From Candidatus Omnitrophota bacterium (GTDB taxonomy: Bacteria > Omnitrophota > Gorgyraeia > Zapsychrales > JANLHA01), in contig JAGLNJ010000051.1 in assembly GCA_023139575.1 (NCBI GenBank), positions 5,926 through 69,925 of the forward strand: a DNA stretch of 64,000 bases. Reading direction: 5' to 3'. The notes beneath the pieces are model-generated. The model searched no databases, had not been told where the DNA came from, and saw nothing but the letters and a program-made list of their open reading frames with translations. Position numbers and translations under genes: made by a program. Of the stretch, positions 60,334 to 64,000 are shown one piece after another. How positions within the stretch are numbered: the first letter of the stretch is position 1; every line of letters starts with the position of its first letter.

Positions 60334-61611
60334 ATGATTAAAGTGCGATTTGCTCCCAGCCCCACAGGGTATTTGCATGTCGGCGGTGCGCGTACGGCCC
60401 TTTTTAACTGGATGTATGCGAAGGCTCAGGGAGGAAAATTTGTTTTAAGGATAGAAAACACGGATCTGGAACGTTCCAAACCGGAATATGTTGATAGCAT
60501 TCTGGAAAGCATGAAATGGTTGGGGTTGACCTGGGATGAGCTGTACCGACAAAGTGACCGCTTTGATATCTATCGTGAACATGCAGAAAAATTGTTAGCG
60601 GAAGGCAAGGCCTATAAAGAAGGTGACGCCGTCATTTTGAATATGCCGAAGGAAGAGATCAAGATTTATGATCTGATCCGCGGCGAGATTGTTTTTGATT
60701 CGGACGCTCTTAAGGATCAGGTTTTGATGAAATCTGATGGCTCCCCAACGTACAGTTTTGCTTGCGTTGTTGACGATGCTCTGATGGAGATATCACATGT
60801 TATTCGTGGAGAAGACCACATTCCAAACACGCCGAAACAGATTGTTATTTATCAGTCTCTGGGATTTGCGATTCCAAAATACGCCCATTTGCCTTTAATC
60901 ATGGACGCCGAAGGCGGCCGGATGTCGAAAAGGACCGGCGCTGTGGCCGTTAATGAATATGAGTCGATGGGGATTTTATCAGAGGCCCTGGTTAATTATC
61001 TGATGCTTTTGGGCTGGTCCCCGGGAAACAATCAAGAGATCATCAGCTTAAAAAAAGCGGTTACGAAATTTTCTATAAAAAAGATCAATAAGGCTGCGGC
61101 AGCTTTTTCTTTGGAAAAACTCAAGTGGATGAATGGTCAATATATTAAGCAGATGGATACCGCCCCCTTAGCCGAGCAGGTAGCTGCCTTTTTAAAAGCA
61201 CAGGATCTAGACGGCAAAGAATGTGACCAGAACAAAATCAAAGAGATTGTTGGCTTATATAAAAGCCGCATGACTACGTTTGTTGAATTCTGCGAGAGAA
61301 CAAAATATTTTTTTCGGGATGAAATAGAGATCGTCCCATCAATGAGAGATAAATTTTTATCAAAGGGCCAAGAACAGGCTTTTCATATATTGCAAGAACG
61401 ATTAGGAAGATTAGACGAATATAACATGGAAACGGCAGAGAAAGCCTTTCGTGATGTCGTGCAGGAATTAGAGATGAAAGCCTCTGACTTGGTGCATCCG
61501 GTCAGGGTCGCTTTGACGGGACAGGATGTTGGGCCGGGCTTGTTTGAGACGATGGCTGTGTTAGGAAAAGAGAAAACCGTCGCCAGATTACGGAATGCTG
61601 TACAAAATTAA
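60334..61611 (+). CDS. gltX: Glutamyl-tRNA synthetase, short form
   Basis: RFAPSPTGYLHVGG, IRGEDH, RMSKR. Confidence 0.93.
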   Translation: MIKVRFAPSPTGYLHVGGARTALFNWMYAKAQGGKFVLRIENTDLERSKPEYVDSILESMKWLGLTWDELYRQSDRFDIYREHAEKLLAEGKAYKEGDAVILNMPKEEIKIYDLIRGEIVFDSDALKDQVLMKSDGSPTYSFACVVDDALMEISHVIRGEDHIPNTPKQIVIYQSLGFAIPKYAHLPLIMDAEGGRMSKRTGAVAVNEYESMGILSEALVNYLMLLGWSPGNNQEIISLKKAVTKFSIKKINKAAAAFSLEKLKWMNGQYIKQMDTAPLAEQVAAFLKAQDLDGKECDQNKIKEIVGLYKSRMTTFVEFCERTKYFFRDEIEIVPSMRDKFLSKGQEQAFHILQERLGRLDEYNMETAEKAFRDVVQELEMKASDLVHPVRVALTGQDVGPGLFETMAVLGKEKTVARLRNAVQN

Positions 61612-61621
61612 AGGGGCCGTC

Positions 61622-61750
61622 ATGAGGCAAAAAAAGAGATTAATCCTTGGGATAGTGCTTGTTTGTTTATGCTTGACCTTTGTCGGTTGTGAGTCAACGA
61701 TGCATCAGATTCAGGAATTTGATGAGTGGTGGAAAGAAAATTTGTGGTAA
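61622..61750 (+). CDS. Small putative lipoprotein, 42 aa (not in ORF track)
   Basis: MRQKKRLILGIVLVCLCLTFVG^CESTMHQIQEFDEWWKENLW; AGGGG SD. Confidence 0.7.
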   Translation: MRQKKRLILGIVLVCLCLTFVGCESTMHQIQEFDEWWKENLW

Positions 61751-61785
61751 AAAACGCTTTTTGATTAATTGGTTTTTTAATATAT

Positions 61786-61857
61786 TGCCCTGTCGTTCAA
61801 TTGGTAGGACACATGACTCTGGCTCATGCGATCTTGGTTCGAGCCCAGGCGGGGCAG
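61786..61857 (+). tRNA. tRNA-Gln (CUG)
   Basis: TGCCCTG/CGGGGCA stem; CATGA-CT-CTG-GC-TCATG. Confidence 0.93.
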
Positions 61858-61918
61858 TAAAATTTGATTATTTATTTTGAAAGCAAGATTTTAGATAATG
61901 TGGGCTGGCAAATAAAAC

Positions 61919-62173
61919 ATGTGGCATATATATATTCTGGAATCTAATGACGGACGGATGTATACGGGAATCACCTCCGACATTGAAAGACGTTTCAAGG
62001 AACATCAACAGGGTAAAGGCGCTCGCTTTACAAAGGCCTTTGGCGCAAAAAAAATGCTTTATTATGAAGATTGTGAGACAAAAAATGAGGCGCTAAAACG
62101 TGAGGCGGAAATTAAAAAATTAACAAAAAGCCAAAAACTTTCGCTGATTAAAAACAAAAAAATTAAAATATGA
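61919..62173 (+). CDS. GIY-YIG nuclease family protein (UPF0213-like)
   Basis: HIYIL...[21 protein letters not shown]. Confidence 0.9.
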   Translation: MWHIYILESNDGRMYTGITSDIERRFKEHQQGKGARFTKAFGAKKMLYYEDCETKNEALKREAEIKKLTKSQKLSLIKNKKIKI

Positions 62174-63888
62174 ATCAAAAGCCAGGCAATAATAGTGAAG
62201 AGAGCAAACCATTTCGGTCGCTGGACTTTGTCCGTGAAATCGTTGCGCAGGATTTAAAAGCCAACAAGCACGACGGCAAGGTTGTAACGCGGTTTCCTCC
62301 CGAGCCAAACGGCTATTTGCATATCGGCCATGCCAAATCGATTTGTTTGAATTTCGGTATTGCCTTGGAAAATCAAGGGACGTGCCACTTGCGTTTTGAT
62401 GACACCAACCCCGCTAAAGAAGATGAAGAATATGTAGATGCTATTAAAGAAGACGTGAGCTGGCTGGGATTTGATTGGGGTGAACACCTTTATTTTGCTT
62501 CAGATTATTTTGAAAAAATTTATGCCTACGCGGTTGAGCTGATCAAGCAAGGCCAGGCGTATGTGGATAGTTTGAGCGCCGAGGAGATACGGAAAAACAG
62601 AGGGACATTAACGGAGCCGGGAAAAAACAGCCCTTATCGTGATCGACCAGTTGAAGAAAATCAGGATCTTTTTGAGCGAATGCGGAAAGGCGAATTCGAG
62701 GAAGGAACGCATGTCTTACGGGCTAAGATCGATATGGCTTCGGGAAATATGAACATGCGCGACCCTACGCTCTATCGCATCCGTAAAGCGTCACATCATC
62801 GCACCGGTGATAAATGGTGCATTTATCCGATGTATGATTTTACACATTGTCTTTCCGACTCGATTGAGGGTATTACGCATTCTATCTGCACGTTAGAGTT
62901 TGAGAACCATCGGCCTTTATATGATTGGGTTTTGGATGAATTAAAAACGCCTTGCCATCCGCAACAGATAGAATTCGCCCGGCTGAATTTGAATTATTCC
63001 ATCATGAGCAAACGAAAGCTTTTAGAATTAGTCAAAGGCGAACATGTTAATGGCTGGGATGATCCGCGCATGCCGACCATATGCGGGTTGCGTCGTCGAG
63101 GATATACTCCGGAGGCTATCCGGGAATTCTGTAAACGCATCGGCGTAGCTAAAGTGGACGGGGTTATTGATATCGCGCTTTTGGAGCATTGTTTACGTGA
63201 AGATCTTAATAAGAGGGCCCCACGGGTCATGGCCGTGCTCAAACCGTTGAAAGTTGTTATTACAAATTATCCTCAAGGTCAAGAGGAAGATCTGGATGCC
63301 GTGAACAACCCTGAGGACCCGGACGCCGGAACGCGGAAGGTCCCGTTTTCGCGCGAACTATATATAGAGCAGGATGATTTTATGGAAGATCCGCCGAAGA
63401 AATTTTACAGATTGTCTCCGGAAAAGGAGGTTCGCCTGCGTTATGCCTATTTTATAACGTGTGAAAAAGTTATTAAAGATGAACAAACCGGTGAAATCAA
63501 GGAGTTGCACTGCACCTATGATCCGGCTACAAAAGGGGGTAATTCCCCCGACGGGCGTAAAGTTAAGGCCACGATACATTGGGTGTCTGCCCGGCACGCA
63601 TTGCCGGCAGAAGTGCGTTTGTATGACCGCTTGTTTAATAATGAAAACCCTTCCGGGGAAAAGGATATAAATTTTAAAAATTTTTTTAATCCCTGCTCTC
63701 TGGAAGTTTTAAATGACTGCTGGCTGGAGCCAAGCTTAAAAGGGCTGCGGCCGGGAGATCCGAGGCAGTTTGAACGCCTGGGTTATTTTTCTTTGGATAA
63801 GGATGCGACTGAACAAAAAACCATCTTAAATCGCACTGTTTCTTTAAGGGATTCGTGGGCCAAGATTTCCAAAGCACATAAAAAATAA
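62170..63888 (+). CDS. glnS: Glutaminyl-tRNA synthetase
   Basis: [39 protein letters not shown]. Confidence 0.97.
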   Translation: MNQKPGNNSEESKPFRSLDFVREIVAQDLKANKHDGKVVTRFPPEPNGYLHIGHAKSICLNFGIALENQGTCHLRFDDTNPAKEDEEYVDAIKEDVSWLGFDWGEHLYFASDYFEKIYAYAVELIKQGQAYVDSLSAEEIRKNRGTLTEPGKNSPYRDRPVEENQDLFERMRKGEFEEGTHVLRAKIDMASGNMNMRDPTLYRIRKASHHRTGDKWCIYPMYDFTHCLSDSIEGITHSICTLEFENHRPLYDWVLDELKTPCHPQQIEFARLNLNYSIMSKRKLLELVKGEHVNGWDDPRMPTICGLRRRGYTPEAIREFCKRIGVAKVDGVIDIALLEHCLREDLNKRAPRVMAVLKPLKVVITNYPQGQEEDLDAVNNPEDPDAGTRKVPFSRELYIEQDDFMEDPPKKFYRLSPEKEVRLRYAYFITCEKVIKDEQTGEIKELHCTYDPATKGGNSPDGRKVKATIHWVSARHALPAEVRLYDRLFNNENPSGEKDINFKNFFNPCSLEVLNDCWLEPSLKGLRPGDPRQFERLGYFSLDKDATEQKTILNRTVSLRDSWAKISKAHKK

Positions 63889-64000
63889 TAATGCCATTGA
63901 GTTCTTTGAATTAAAAAGATTTTAACATATGAGGAAAGTATAAAACTTTCCAAACTGCTGAAAACTCCTTTCCTGAGAACGCAAGAAGTTATGACGATCG

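Noticed and set aside
61680-61880. 66-aa plus-strand ORF
   Set aside because: Overlaps tRNA-Gln and the better-supported lipoprotein ORF.

Overview
The window covers a bacterial chromosomal replication-origin region. Gene content suggests Candidatus Omnitrophota; this is an inference, and no database search was run. Left of oriC nearly all genes are on the minus strand: the first 1863 codons of a giant exported protein that runs off the window (absent from the ORF track; C39-peptidase-like domain followed by hydrophobic and Gly/Ala-rich segments), then an elaborate Tad/Flp pilus locus. That locus has tadBC, eleven class III signal-peptide proteins including 512-aa and ~1600-aa Cys-rich ones, a TadZ-TadA fusion, a secretin-TonB_C fusion, cpaB and a PPIase. 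It is followed by nitrilase and GST genes, tRNA-Glu and gyrA-gyrB-dciA-dnaN-oriC-dnaA. Right of oriC are plus-strand housekeeping genes (rpmH-yidD-yidC-jagN, parS/parA/parB, yicC-gmk-rpoZ-coaC, tRNAs, thrS-infC-rpmI-rplT, trkAH, pheST, 6S RNA, rarA, ygfA, rny, ymdB, PilZ, gltX, tRNA-Gln, GIY-YIG, glnS). Two signals stand out. (1) The giant protein looks self-processing and toxin-like and lies directly downstream of the Tad genes. (2) The giant gene and the pilin operon share the same unannotated leader layout: sigma70 promoter, short MRL...QxxxDR uORF, intrinsic terminator, run of hairpins, then the gene. All translations, motifs and hairpins were read by eye.
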